Origin: Camelus dromedarius
Lineage: Eukaryota
Length of the DNA stretch: 64,000 nt
Assembly (NCBI RefSeq): GCF_036321535.1
Contig: NC_087436.1
Span: forward strand, 79,238,001 to 79,302,000
Reading direction: 5' to 3'
Position numbers and translations under genes: made by a program. Below the pieces are notes generated by a model. It saw nothing but the letters and a program-made list of their open reading frames with translations. It searched no databases and was not told the DNA's origin. Below are positions 50,207 to 64,000 of the stretch, piece by piece. Numbering within the stretch: position 1 is the first letter of the stretch; the number at the start of each line of letters is the position of its first letter.

Positions 50207-53200
50207 GGAGGTGACATCAGCATCATGGTGGCAGGAGATGCTCCCTTTGTCTCTCTCCCTTTCAGTCTACAACTACTGAAACATCTGTAACTCAGCAAAG
50301 GTGTCTGCCTACCACATCAGGGCGCTGAAGAGATCTGCATCTGCACATCTAAAGGTTGGTGGACTGGAACACAAGAGGAGCTGGACCAGTGGAGATGGTG
50401 CCTGTGATCCTGGTTGCCCAGCTGTAGCAGCTGAATCTGCAGCCCCCAAGAACCCGGCAGCAGCAGTGGCTGGGCCTGCAACTTGAGTCCCTCCAGCCAC
50501 AGCAGCACCCACAAATCTGGTTTCACCTGCCCAGCCTGCAGCAGTGGGGTCCACAACCCAGGCCCTACAGCTGTGGCAGTGCCCATGACTCCAGTTCTAC
50601 CCCCATAGCCTGCAGTGGCAAGTGCCCGCGACCCTGGCCACTATCCCATCTCCAGCTGCTGTGGTGGTGCCCACAACCCAGCTGACCCGGCACAGCAGAG
50701 GCACCCGCCATCCCAATGCCCCCAGTGGTGATGCCAGCAGCAGCTGTGACACCAGTAGCAACAAGGCACTAACAGTAACAACAAAAGCATCACCCTGGCA
50801 GAGGTGGCGGAGGGTGCAAAGTGTCGATTCTCAAATGTGGCCAATGACAGCTCAAGTAAGAGAAACCGAAATAGTGCTATAGCACCACCTACTACAAACC
50901 AGAAGATAGGCCTCCAATTACCAACCCACTGAACTGTTAGAATCAAAGTAAACAAAGCTTTACCTAAAGAAGAAAGATGTTTACTACTTCAAATGAGCTG
51001 GCAGGGGAACAACTCATCAACCGTGGTAACACAGTATCACAAAAAGAACGTAACAACTCTCCAGAAACCAAATTTAAAATAAGTGAAACACTGCCATCGA
51101 ACTGACAGACGGTTCAAAATAGCCATTATGAAGAAATTCAATAAGCTACAAGAACTCAGAAAGGCAGTTCAGTGAGCTCAGGAATAAAAGTAATGAACAG
51201 AAAGAACACTTTACCACAGTGATGAAACCTTTAAAAAAGAACCAAACAGAAATTCTGAAGCTGAAGAACTCAATAAATAAGATGAAGAATGTATCAGAAA
51301 GCACTGGAAATAGAGCAGATTGTACAAAAGAGAAAATCAGCAAGCTTAAAGACAGAAATTTAGAAATGGTTCAGGTAGAAGAGGAGAGAGAACTAAGATC
51401 TTTAAAAATGAACAAACTGCAAGAATTACTCATTAGGACTCCATTAGAAAAGGCAACATTAGGATAATGGGTATCCTGGAAGGTTAAGAGAGAGAGATAG
51501 GAACAGAGTTTATTTAAAGAAATAATATCTGAGAACTTCCCAAAGCTGGGGAAGGAACTGGATATACAAGCCCATGAAGCTAGGAAAACATCTAATTACC
51601 CCAACACAAAAAGGCTTTCAATGAGATACATTATATTAAAACTGTCAAAAGTCAATGGAAAAGAAAGAATTTGAGAGGTGGTCAGGGAAAAAGGATGGTA
51701 ACCTAAAAAGGAACCCCATTAAGCTATTAGCAGATTTCTCAGCAGAAACTACAGGCCAGGAGAGAGTGGAATGACATTCTCAAAATATTGAAAGATAAAT
51801 CCTGTCAGGTAAGAATACTCTATCCAGTAAAGTACCCTTTAGATATGAAGGAGAAATAAAGGCTTTCCCAGACAAACAAAAGCTAAGGGAGTACATCACC
51901 ATTAGACCTGCCTTACAAGAAATATTGAAATAGATCTTCTACCTGAAATGAAAAGGCAAAAATATACCGAACTTTGATTAAGGTGATAAATAGAATCAGA
52001 AAACAGTAACTCTGTATCAGAAGAGGTTTTAAACATTTAATGATAGCATAAAGATTAAAGGGAAAAAAGTAAAAATAACCATAGCTACTTCAATTTGATA
52101 ATGAACTTAAAATATAAAAAGGACTACTTTGAGACAACAACAACAACAAAAGATAAAAGGGGGAAAGAGGAAGAGGATGGAACCTGTACAGGCAAATGAT
52201 AACATACTATCAGCAGAAAAGAACTATTTTATCTATGAGATGTTTTATACAAACCCTGTGGAAACCATGAAACAAATCTAGAGCAGAGACACGAAACATA
52301 AAAAAAGAGAAAATTGAGAAAAACATCACAGAAATATCACCAAACTAAAATGGCAGACAGAAGCACAAGGAACATGAAACAACAGAGATATAGAATAACC
52401 AGAAAACAAAAGATATAATGGCAGTACTAAGTTCTAATTTATCAATCATCAAGCTAAATGGAGTGAATTCACCAGTCAAAAGACACAGTGGCTGGATGGT
52501 TTTAAAAACAACAACAACAATCATTATATGCTGTCTGCAGGAGACTCATCTCAGTTCTAAAGACAAACATAGGCTCAAAATCAAACAATGGAAGATGATA
52601 CTCCAAGCAAATGGCATCCAAAAGAAAGCAGGTGTAGCCATACTCCTATTACACAAAATAGACTTCAAGCTAAAAAAGGTAACAAGAGACAAAAATGAAC
52701 ATTATATAATGATAAAGGGGACAATTCATCAAGAAGGCATAACATTAATATATGAACCTACCTAGGGGCCAAAATATTTAAAGCAATATTTAACAGACCT
52801 AAAGGGAGAAATTCACAGCAACAAAATAATAGGAGGAGACTTTAACACCTCACTTACATTAATTAATAGATTAAGATAGAAAGTCAACAAGGGAACAGTG
52901 GCCTTAAATGAAACATCAGATCAGATGGACTTAATAGACTTATTCAGATGCAGCAGAATACACATTCTCAAGTACATATGGAACATTCTCAAGGATAGAT
53001 CATATGCTGGGATACAAAACAAGTTTCAATAAATTTATGAAGGCTGAAATCATATCAAGCAATATTTCTAAACACAATGGCATGAAACTAGAAATCAGCT
53101 ACAAAAAGAAAGCTGAGAAAATCACAAATATGTAGAGGCTAAAGAACATATTGGGTCAAAAAAGAAATCAAAGGAGAAATCAAAAAAATACCTGAAGACA

Positions 53201-56200
53201 AATGAAAATATGATATAACAAAATCTACAGGATGCAGCAAAAGCAATACAGGCTTACCTCAAGAAACAAGAAAAATCTCAAAACGTAATCTAATCTTACA
53301 CCTAAAGGAAGTAGAAAAAGAAGAAAAAAATGAAGCCCAAAGTCAGAAGAAAGGAAGAAATAATAAAAATATAAAGTAGAAATAAAAGACTAAACAGAAC
53401 AAAACAAAACAAAATACAACAGAAAATCAGTGAAACATGAATGAAAAGATAAACAAGACTGACAAACTTTTAGCTACAATCACTTAAAAAAAAAGAGAGA
53501 AGGCTCAGATAGATAAAATCAGAGATGAAGTCGAAACATCACAATGGATGCCACAGAAATACAGAAAATTATAAGAGAAAACTACGAACAGCTATATGTC
53601 AATGAAGTGGACAACCTAGAAGAAATGGATAAATTCTTACAATCATACAACCTTCCAAGAATGAATCATGAAGAAACAGAAAATCTGAATAGACTGGTCA
53701 CTAGTAAGGAGATTGAATCACTAATCAAAAACCTCCCTTAAAACAAAAATCCAGGACCAGACAGCTTCACAAGTGAATTCTAACCACACATTCAAAGAAG
53801 ATTTAATACCTATTCTTCTCAAACTCTTCTAAAAAACTGAAGAGGAGAGAACACTTCCTAACTTATTTTACGAGGCCAACATCACCCAGATACCAAAACC
53901 AGACAAAGACAATACAAAAAAGGAAAATTACAGTTCAATATCTCTGATGAACATAGATGCAAAAATTCTCAACAAAATTTAGCAAACTGAAAATAACAAC
54001 ACGCTAAAAGAATCATACACCATGATCAAGTGGGATTTATTCCAGGGATGCAAGGATGGTTCAATATCCACAAATCAATGTGATACATCATATTAATAAA
54101 ATGACGGATAAAAATCATGATCATCTCGATAAATGCAGAAAAAGCACCTAACAAATTTTGACAACCATTTTTGATAAAAACTCTCAATAAAGTGGGTAAA
54201 AATGAAATGTACCTCAATATTATAAAGGCTATGTATGACAAACCCACAGCAAACATACTCAATAGTGAAAAATTGAAAGCTGTCCTTCTAAGATCAGAAA
54301 CAAGACATGGATGCCCACTCTTGCCACTTTTATTCAACATAGTATTGGAATTCCTAGTCAGAGTAATTAGGCAAGAAAAATAATCAAAAGGTACTCAAAT
54401 TGGAATGTAGAAATAAAACTCTCACTATTTGCAGATAACATAGTTTTATACATAGAAAGCCCTAAAGATTCCACCAAGAAAACTATTAGAAATTATAAAC
54501 ACATACAATAAATCTGTAGGGTACAAAATCAATATACCAAAATCTGTTGCATTTCTATACACTAATAATGAGCTAGCAGAAAGAGAAATTTAAAAACAAT
54601 CCCATTTACAATTGCAACAGAAAAGAATAAAATACCTAGGAATAAATTTAACCAAGGATGTGAAAGACCTGTACTCTGAAAACTATGAGACACTTGAATG
54701 AAAATGAAGACACAAAGAAATGGAATGTTATTCTAGCTCAAGAATTTGAAGAATTAACACTGTTAAAATGTCCATATTACCAAAAGCAGTCTACAGATTC
54801 AATGCAATTTCTATCAAAATACCAACATTTTTCACAGAAATGAAACAAAAAATCCTAAAATTTGTATGAAGCCACAAAAGACCCTAAATAACCAAAGTAA
54901 TCCTGAGGAAAAAAAAAAAAAAACAAAGCTGGAAGTATCAAATTTCCTGTTTTCAAATTATACTACAAAGCTATAATAATTAAATGGCATGGTATTGGCA
55001 GAAAAATAAACACACAGATCATTGGAACAGAACTGAGAGCCCAGAAATAAACCCACACATAAATGGACAATTAATTTACAACAAAGGAGCAAAGAACATA
55101 CAATGGGTGACAGTCTCTTCAACAAATGGTGTTGGGAAAACTGGACAGCCATGTGCTAAAGAATGAAACTAGACCACTACCTTACACCATATACAAAAAT
55201 TAACTCAAAATGGATTAAAGACCAAATGTAAGACCTGAAACCATAAAACTCCTAGAAGGAAACATATGCAGTATGCTCCTTGAGGTCAGTTTTAGCAATA
55301 TCTTTCTAGATATGTCTCCTCAGGCAAGGGAAACAAAGCAGAAATAAACAAACAGGACTATATCAAACGAAAAAGCTTCTTTCTGCATAGCAAAGGAAAT
55401 CATCAACAAAATGAAAGGATGATCTATCAAGTAGGAGAAGATATTTGCAAATCACATATCTGGTAAAGGGTTAATATCCAAAATATATAAGAAACTCAAC
55501 AACAAAAAAAAAAAACAAGTAACCCAATTAAAAAACGGGCAAAGGATCTGAATAGCCATTTGTCTAAAGAAATTTTCTAAAGAAGACAAACATGGCTAAC
55601 AGGCTCATGAAAAGATGTTCAGCATCTCTAATTACTATGGAAATGCAAATCAAAACCACAATGAGATACCACCTCTCACCTGTCAGAATGGCTATTACCA
55701 AAAAGACAACAAATAACAAGTGTTGACAAGGATGTAGAGAAAAGAGAATATAAATTGGTGCAGCCACAATGGAAAACAGTATAGAGATTCCTCAAAAAAT
55801 TAATAGAACTATCATATGATTCAGCTATTCCACTTCTGGGTATTTATCTGAAGAAAACATAAACACTAATTCAAAAAGATACATGTACCCAATAGTCATC
55901 ATGGCATTATTTACAATAGCCAAGATATGGAAATATCCACTGACAGGTAAGTGGATAAAGATGTGGTATGTACGTACAATGAAATACTAGTCAGCCATTA
56001 AAAAAAGATAAAATCTTGCCATTTGCAACAGCATAGACCTTGAGGGTATTATGCTAAGTAAAATAAGTCAGACAGAAAAACACAAATACCATACAATTTC
56101 ATTTATATGGGAATATGAATAAACAAACAAACAAACAAAATTAAAATAAACACATAGATATAGCAAATAGTGGTTACCAGAATGGAAGGGGGAGTGAGGG

Positions 56201-56354
56201 GAGGATGAAATGGGTAAGGGGGGTGAACTGTATTGTGAGTGGAAGCTAAATTTTTGTTTGTGAGTACACTGTAGTGTATACAGAAGTCGAAATATAATGT
56301 ACATATGAAACTTATATAATGTAACAAACCACTGTCTATCTCAATTAAAAAAAA
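50207..56354 (+). mobile_element. Near full-length decayed L1 in COQ2 intron 5, antisense to the gene
   Basis: GC-rich 5' UTR with degenerate repeats (about 50207-50900), ORF1 coiled-coil pieces (KKNQTEILKLKNSINKMKN), ORF2 endonuclease start (NGVNSPVKR...CCLQETHL), RT pieces, C-terminus, 3' UTR and A tail. Confidence 0.93.
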
Positions 56355-56432
56355 GTCTAAAGAAAAAACTTTTCCTTAATTTGGTTCTCACTTTAAAGTT
56401 CTTAAAAAATAACAACAATTAAACCAAAGTTA

Positions 56433-56621
<189 letters not shown>

Positions 56622-58359
56622 TCAATGTACTTGAGAATTCCAAAGGGAAGGAGAGGGCATCAGCATGTATTGGGTACGTCTATGTGTTCGGCTCTGTGTA
56701 GGCTATTTTCTCATGTTTCTTCCCTAAAGTTTCTCAAGCCTCTGTGGTAGTTATTAGCTACATTTTACTAAAAAAAAAAAAAAAAAAGAAAAAGAAAAAG
56801 CACACAGAACCAGAGAGGTTAGTTAACAATTAAAATAATATAGCTAACAGAAAGAATATTATCCCCTGACAAATAGGTGGTTTCATGAGAACAACATTTA
56901 TTCTACCTAGTAGGATGCCCGGCACAGCCAACAGACAGTAGATGCTGGGGTCTGAACCTAGACCCACCCCAGTCAAACTCCTGTGTTCTTTCTGTTATCC
57001 CTCTGCTTCCCCTTAAAGTTACAGAAACAAGAGTACAGACAGGAACACTTGTTCTACAAGTCCACCCTCTCTGAGGCCTGAGTTACAAACAACTACATGC
57101 TGACAACCCCTAAATCTCTGTGAGTAAGCTTGATCACTTCCATGAGCTTCAGACTAGACACTGAACTGCCTGCTAGACATCTTCACCTGCAAGTCTCTTA
57201 GGTACCTCAAACTCAATGAGTCCCAAATGTCTTTTCTCAGAAATCCTTTTTCTCCTCCTACTTTGCCTATTTCCACTCAGAATCCCTCCTCCCCAGCTGA
57301 TGAAGTGCTTCTCTGTGGTCCCACAGCACTCACGCATGTCACTACACTGTACTGCAATAATCTGCTTACCAGCTTTCTTAACATAATCTTATAGACAGGA
57401 AATGCTTCTCCTCCCTTAACCAAAAGGTTCTCAAGTCAGTTGAGAATATCATGTCCTATTTTTTTTTTAAATAATGAAAAGAAACACAACATTAAATGAG
57501 GAGATCTCAGAAAAAGATAAATATTTTACCACTTTCTCACAAGTCAGGCTCCCATCAATTTCTTGAAGTGTCTTTTGGTACTTTTATTTACTGAAAAAAT
57601 AGTTCAAAGAACTAGAATACTTCTAGGAATATTCTAGACTATTCTAGGAATAGAACAGAGAAGTCTAGGAGTAGTTATTTCTGCAACAGATTTTGACTTA
57701 CCTACCTATCTTCCTCTTTCTACCAACAAATATTTATTCAATACCTGCAATGTGCCAAGTGCTATGTTTGATACTGTGCCATTCACACGTAAAGAATGAT
57801 TTACCTTTTAGGCATTACACACAATGGGGAGAGAGGGCAGGCTCGAAATATCTTCTTGCTGAATCACTGCTGTTGAAATGACTAAGGGCCACACCAGAGT
57901 GCTAGGGGAGCCCAGGAGAGACTGGCTAACTTCTTCCTGGGAGGTCTAACAAAGACTCCACAGGAAGGGAGCCGCCTGAGCTAACACACACTTTAACTCT
58001 TGTTCTCCTGCCTCAGAGCATTTTCTACTCCAGTTCCCAGAGTCTTCAGGGAATTTAGATCAACTACATAAAGAGGGATAGGATCAAGGAGCTAATTTTT
58101 TTCTCCATGACATACCTAGATTTTTAAAAAAGCATTTTGGATAATAATAATAATGATCATCTTAGTAAATATGCAGGATTTCTTAGCTGGCTATTTGATC
58201 TCCTTTGAAATATGAAAATTGATTCTTGGTTTGGAAAATTTCATGACTGACTTTTTATCTTTGCCACATCACACACACACATACATACGTACAATATTAT
58301 AAATAAAAATTTAGTTTGCGGTTATCAAAGGATATAATTAATAGTTATTTCAAGCTCAC

Positions 58360-58445
58360 CCAAGGCTAATTGAGGCCAGTACGTAATCCTTTTCATTAGC
58401 GGGTAGGTGATGACAAGAAGCAGGGATGCTGCTCCAAGAGCTATA
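58360..58445 (-). CDS. COQ2: COQ2 exon 4 (86 nt)
   Basis: ttttag|T ATA GCT...GCC TTG G|gtgagc; encodes (S)[28 protein letters not shown](G), with the conserved YPxxKR motif. Confidence 0.97.
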
Positions 58446-59711
58446 CTAAAATCAAGGAAAAACATTAAAAAGATTAATATCACCATCTCTTAGAAACTGC
58501 TAAATAAGACAACAACAGTAACACTAATTAGGAAATGACTTATCTTAAATTATATTTTTAATGTAAAATGCTCTTCCTAGACTTTGATTCTTGGACTTTA
58601 ATTAGGATAAAGGATGATTAGAAAATATTTTAAATGTTACAAACAGCCAAACAAAATAACAATAGCTAACATATATACCGCTTTCACGTATTAAGACTGT
58701 TCTAACAGCTCTAGTATGTGAACTCATAATCTTCATCACAACCCTAATGTGTAGGTAGTTTCATTCTACTGGTCTTTTTGCAGATGAGGAAACTAAAGCA
58801 TAAAGAGGTAAAGTAATTTGTCGACTGTCATACAGCAGTCAGTAGTGGGGCCAGGATGCAAACCTAAGACAGTCTGGCCCCAGAGTCCAACATATTACCC
58901 ACCATATGCTATTGCTTCTCTAAATTTCTTTTTCAAACATTGAGACAGCTAGTAAACTGAGATGTCCTAATAGAGAATCAGAGTCCAGATACCCCTCCCT
59001 ACATACAAGACAGGGTGTTTCTTCTTCTACAAGAGGATCAGGTCACAAAGCACCGACAAAAGGATGACAACATCAGATATTCTTAGGGACATCACAGCTC
59101 ACCTAACACTACCCCTCCAGGAATGACCTTTCAAAGTGTCTTCACCTGACGAACGCTATCAGGGCAAGGTAAATCATTAAGTTGTCTCTATATAAAGTAC
59201 TGTTATCTGCTGAACAACTCCTCTTTTTTGTCTTACTGAAGCACTATGTAAGCAGCCATCTGTTTAAGAGATACAGGAGGGAGTCCTACCACTCTTTTAT
59301 TCTGTCACTGATTAGGAACATGACTCTGGGAAAGACCCTGTTCCTCTTTTTGCAAAGTGAGCATAATTTCTTCTGTCTCTCCCCACTTCAGAGATCTGTC
59401 AGGATAAATAAATAATTATTTATAACTATGTGTGTAACTGCATATATAGGCATAGACACACACTCCCACGCATGCACCTAGAAAACCTAGGCAAGTGCCT
59501 CGAATCCTTGACACAAGTACTGGAGGTGGTGCAGAATAAAAATGCTCATCTCTTCATTCCTTTGGCTGAAGCATTCTTGACTTTACAAACACATGGCGAC
59601 TTATTTATATTGCTAACTTACAGATGCTTGATAGGGAATAGACAGCTTTGTGATACAGATATTTCAATTTTATTTTATACCTACATCATTTATTTCAAAG
59701 GAAAGATTTTA

Positions 59712-59990
<279 letters not shown>

Positions 59991-60914
59991 ACCAGATACC
60001 TTAGCCTCAGATGATAGCTCAAACATTTATTTAAACATTTACTCAAGAGATGGCTCGGGGTAGGCACTAAGGCAGAAATATGAATTAAAGGTGAACATCG
60101 GAAGTACTGCCAGGAATCAGAACTTCATATTTGAAATAGCTTTGAAAAGAACTAAAAATTCCCACCACTCATTCCGCTTTCTTTCCTTCTCTCATCCCCA
60201 CCTTCGAACAAACCAGACAAAGCAACTTCCTTATCTAGCTATTTAACCACCCAGCTTAGCAGGTGTATGTTCTATTTCCATAGACAAGAGAGGGACAATA
60301 ATAATGAGAATTCTCAGCAAAGAGAAAACTGCAGAGCATGTCAGATAAGGCTGACACCATGTGAATGTTTTGAGTATGGGAAACACTGCAATCAGAAATC
60401 AGATGTAAAGAAGGAAGGCAGACAGATTATCTGGATTTGCAAGTGGGAGTGCTTTTGCCAGTCTATGTAGGAATGGGGCTGTGATCTTGTATTAACTGCC
60501 CCCAAATATAAAGGGCAAACTCATTGTGAGAATATGAATAGATAGAGCAATTACATGAATAAATAATACATATCAATTGTTCTTTTCCTTCCAAGAGATC
60601 ATGAAACGTGATTATTCTAAACTCAACCACAAATAAAGAGCACAACCAAAATTTTCAACATTGCTGGAAGGTAAGAACTCAGGATGTGGGACCAGAGAGC
60701 CCAGTGTCTGAATCTGATTCTATCATTTACTGGTTGTGTGAATTTTGGCAAATTACACAACCTCCCTCGGGCTTATGTTACTTGTCTATTAAAAGGAAAA
60801 CAGAGGGGTAGAGATAATAACAGCACCTACTTCACAGAGTGACTACAGTGTCTGAAGCATGTAAGTATGCACTAAATGTTAACTATTATCACATATTTTT
60901 GTATGATTTATACC

Positions 60915-61250
60915 AAGGGTTAACTATGGCCTGTGAGCCACATCCAGCCTACTGCCTGTTTTTATACAGCCCATGAGCTAAGAATGGTTTTTACTTTTTT
61001 AGATGGTTGAAAATAAATTTTAAAAAGAATAATGTGCTGTGCCACATGAAAATAAGAAATTCAAATTCCAGTGTCCAGAAATAAAATGTTACTGAAACCA
61101 AGGCACACCCATTTGCTTACCTGGTGTACGTGGCTGCTTTCACACTGCCACAGAGTGCAGTAGCTGTAGTGCACCGAAGATGGTATGGCCCACAAAGCCT
61201 AAAATATTTACTATCTGGTCCTTCACAGAAAAAGTTTGCTGACTCAATTC
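60915..61250. mobile_element. MER58B-like hAT element
   Basis: aactatggcctgtgagcca...gagctaagaatggttttta...aaatatttactatctggtcc...aaaagtttgctgac. Confidence 0.75.
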
Positions 61251-63962
61251 ATAGCATGCTTCGCTGTGCAATAAAACAGTTTGTCAAAAACTGTAATGAC
61301 TCTTCTTCATCAGAGCGCCAGAACTGGATCTCTTATCCTTGATTTGGTCCCTGTAGTTTCAAGTGGAAGTAACATCTATGCTCTTCTATTTGTTTTAGGA
61401 TATGATGATTACTCCTGCCAGTATCTGAGTGTTTCCAGCGTGCTGCTATTCTAAGAGCTATATATGCATTGCACCATTGACTCCTTGGAACAACTGTCTT
61501 TTAGCCACTCATAAGTTCTGGCCATTTCTAAGTTTTAGGAACCTGAGGCAGAGAGGCTCAATAACTTTCCAAGGTGACAGATACTACAGTAGCACAGTGA
61601 GTCAGTCCCACCAACCACAGTACTAACCACAAGATTACACTGCTCCTTCCCTGCAATGCTAATTACCCAGCTACCCTTGAAAGCTGAGGATAAACAAGCA
61701 CTCCATCAAACGACTAAAAATGAATTAACACGATGACCAAAAAACATATTTGATGTGGTTTTTATGAAACAGCTTACAAAACCAAGTAACACCTGTGTGT
61801 TGAGATTATTTCAATGATTATTCAACCTAATGTTTATCACATGGCTAGCAGATTATATACAACATCAACAAAACACTTTTAACCCATGTACCCTAATAGC
61901 AATTCACTTATCATTTAATGTATTAGCAGTTTAGTCATCTATTAAGCAAAACCCTGAGCTATAAATATATCCTTAATGAAATACAGCCTTTAAGAAACTG
62001 TAATGTAAACATTACAATTTGACCAAGTTTTTTAACCCATCCTTTGAAAGAGATGCACTTAACATTTTAAAATTCATGTTAGAAAAACCACCGCAATAGC
62101 TATAAAAAACACTCATTTAAATGCTTTGTTGTACGTCAGCACAGACTCTGGATTCTTCTAATCAGAGAAAAATGGGGGAGATGTAAGATATCTATTCCTT
62201 TCTATCTAAGGAGAAAAAAAATCACTTAAGAGAAAACTAAAATGGTCATATTTTGTTAATTTAAAAAGTAGAAAAAGTTGGTTTGAGTATGTTCTTTTTT
62301 AGTCAAATTTTTTTGTTTTGAAATAATTACAGATTCACAGGAAATTTTTTTTAGATCTCTGTACTTCTAGAAATACAGAGATCTGATGAATCCTTTATCT
62401 AGTTTCCCCAAGGGTAACATCTTGTGAAACTTTACAATTTGAGTACAATTTCACAACCACGATTTTGACATTAGGCTACTCTAAATGTGTTCAATAATTA
62501 TTCTGAAGTGATATATGGCGGAAGCCTCATTCATATGGTTATGCAGAATGAAAACTGACCAGGATGTGTGAATCCCCAAATCAACAAAGTATGCACCTCC
62601 TGGCATGGTCAGACAGCCCAACTGGGTCAGTGGGACAGAGTTGCCTTTACCATGCAGTTCCTGCCGCCATCCTATCATCAGCCACACACAAACTCCAAGC
62701 TGCAGTTGTCAAGTGTAATATTCTTGACCTCACAGTCATGCCTCTGTATCTGCTGTTCCCTCTGCCTGGAGTCACCTTCACCCTCCAGCCCAGCTTTCTC
62801 TTGCCATCTGATTCTGAAAGAGTTCAAAGGTCACGCCCCACCCCAACCCTGCCAAAAGTTCTCTTAGACCTCCTCCCTTGGGCTAAGGTAGGTGGTCTTC
62901 AGTAAACTCCCTTGTGGGTACCATTCTCATGATCGCTACTAAATTGTGAGGTTAGCAATGTTGTCTTTCATCCATGCAATACCTGCACTGTCTCATACAC
63001 AGCAGGTATTCAACAAATGTTTTTTTGAATTAAAAAATATATTGGTGTGATACTGTTCTACACACTAAAAATCATTATAGGTGGGCTTTGCTTAAGGAAA
63101 TTCAGACATATGAAAGACAAACTAGGGTAGATTATTCACTTTATGTAAGTGTTATATGATTATTTACATAATTCACCCAGGTTTCCTATAAACTGAAAGT
63201 TTACTTGAGAATTTACTCAAGCATTTAATGACCCTGTACTTGTTATACTATGACTGCTGTAACAAAAGGCAAACAAGATGGACGTTTCCCTTGAGAAAAT
63301 AACGGTCTGTTGAAGAACAAAGAATATACACACATGCATTAGAACATGCATAGAAAATAATCCAGAGGAATACAACGTGTCATACTGTAACTGAAGTTTC
63401 CTCTGGGGATGAGGGGGAGGTGATAAGGAGAACTTGTTACTTTCTATCCTTTCTATTTCTATACTGTCTGAATTTTTTAGAATAAACATGAATTATTTTT
63501 CTAAGGAGAAGAAAATAATAAAATTAGCTGTTTTAAAGAAATAATTAGAGCAACTGCTAACAGGGCTGCCTCAGTTCATTTAAATTAAGATTTAACTGAA
63601 CATATGAACTGTTATGGCTCTAACATATCAAAGGAAGGGATGACAGTTCTTTCAGACACCCAAAGGTTGAGGATGGAATTTTTACCTTCACTCCTAACAT
63701 CCTTACTCTGGCCTCCCAAATTCTAATTCATTTTGTGAAAATGAAGTACATACCTTGCCCCCATGGTCGCTTTTGTGTTGAGAAAGGAAGCACACTGCAC
63801 TTGGCAAACCAGCTATTCAACCAATACTGGCACTTCTTATGCTGGATTTCAGTGAGGACACTAAATGATCCTGTTGCTTTATGTGGCATTCAAACATGAT
63901 GCCACCATCTTACTCTGCAGAATTGAGAGGAGTCTCTCTGTTCCTTTCCAGGATGAATCTAC

Positions 63963-64000
63963 CTTTTTATCGTAGTCCTGGTCCCACATGTCATTAATAG
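63963..64000 (-). CDS. COQ2: COQ2 exon 2, 3' part (truncated by window edge)
   Basis: Minus strand reads (xCT)ATT AAT GAC ATG TGG GAC CAG GAC TAC GAT AAA AAG|gtagat = INDMWDQDYDKK, the first Asp-rich UbiA motif NDxxDxxxD, followed by a GT donor. Confidence 0.95.

Noticed and set aside
50300..50955. GC-rich Ala/Pro/Thr ORFs and degenerate repeats
   Set aside because: They lie in the L1 5' UTR; the low stop density follows from composition.
63750..63790. Strong donor AAG|GTATGT with a Kozak-like ATG in intron 2
   Set aside because: Extending exon 2 by 209 nt hits a stop, and a 16-nt cassette would shift the frame; no other support.

Overview
Mammalian genomic DNA, most likely camelid. The evidence is three tRNA-Ala-derived SINEs of the vic-1 type, and I saw no ruminant Bov-A/BovB or pig PRE1 elements. 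The only protein-coding gene I can support is COQ2 (4-hydroxybenzoate polyprenyltransferase, UbiA family) on the minus strand. It runs from the 3' end of exon 2 (cut by the window edge) through exons 3-7, with all junctions GT-AG and in frame, a stop at 47053 and a likely poly(A) signal at 46682-46687. The ORF track misses these exons. A near full-length old L1 fills most of intron 5. Positions 1-46500 are intergenic and rich in transposons: a young 5'-inverted L1 with a target-site duplication (TSD), older L1/L2/MIR/CR1 pieces, ERV1/ERVL/MaLR LTRs, an orphan env TM fragment and hAT/Tigger relics. I found no convincing new biological system. The best leads are speculative: a candidate in-frame microexon in COQ2 intron 5, a SINE inserted at the exon 3 branch-point region, an immune-type enhancer motif cluster and a stop-free env TM remnant. 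Repeat family names come from recalled consensus similarity and their boundaries are approximate. Exon numbering follows my recollection of human COQ2.
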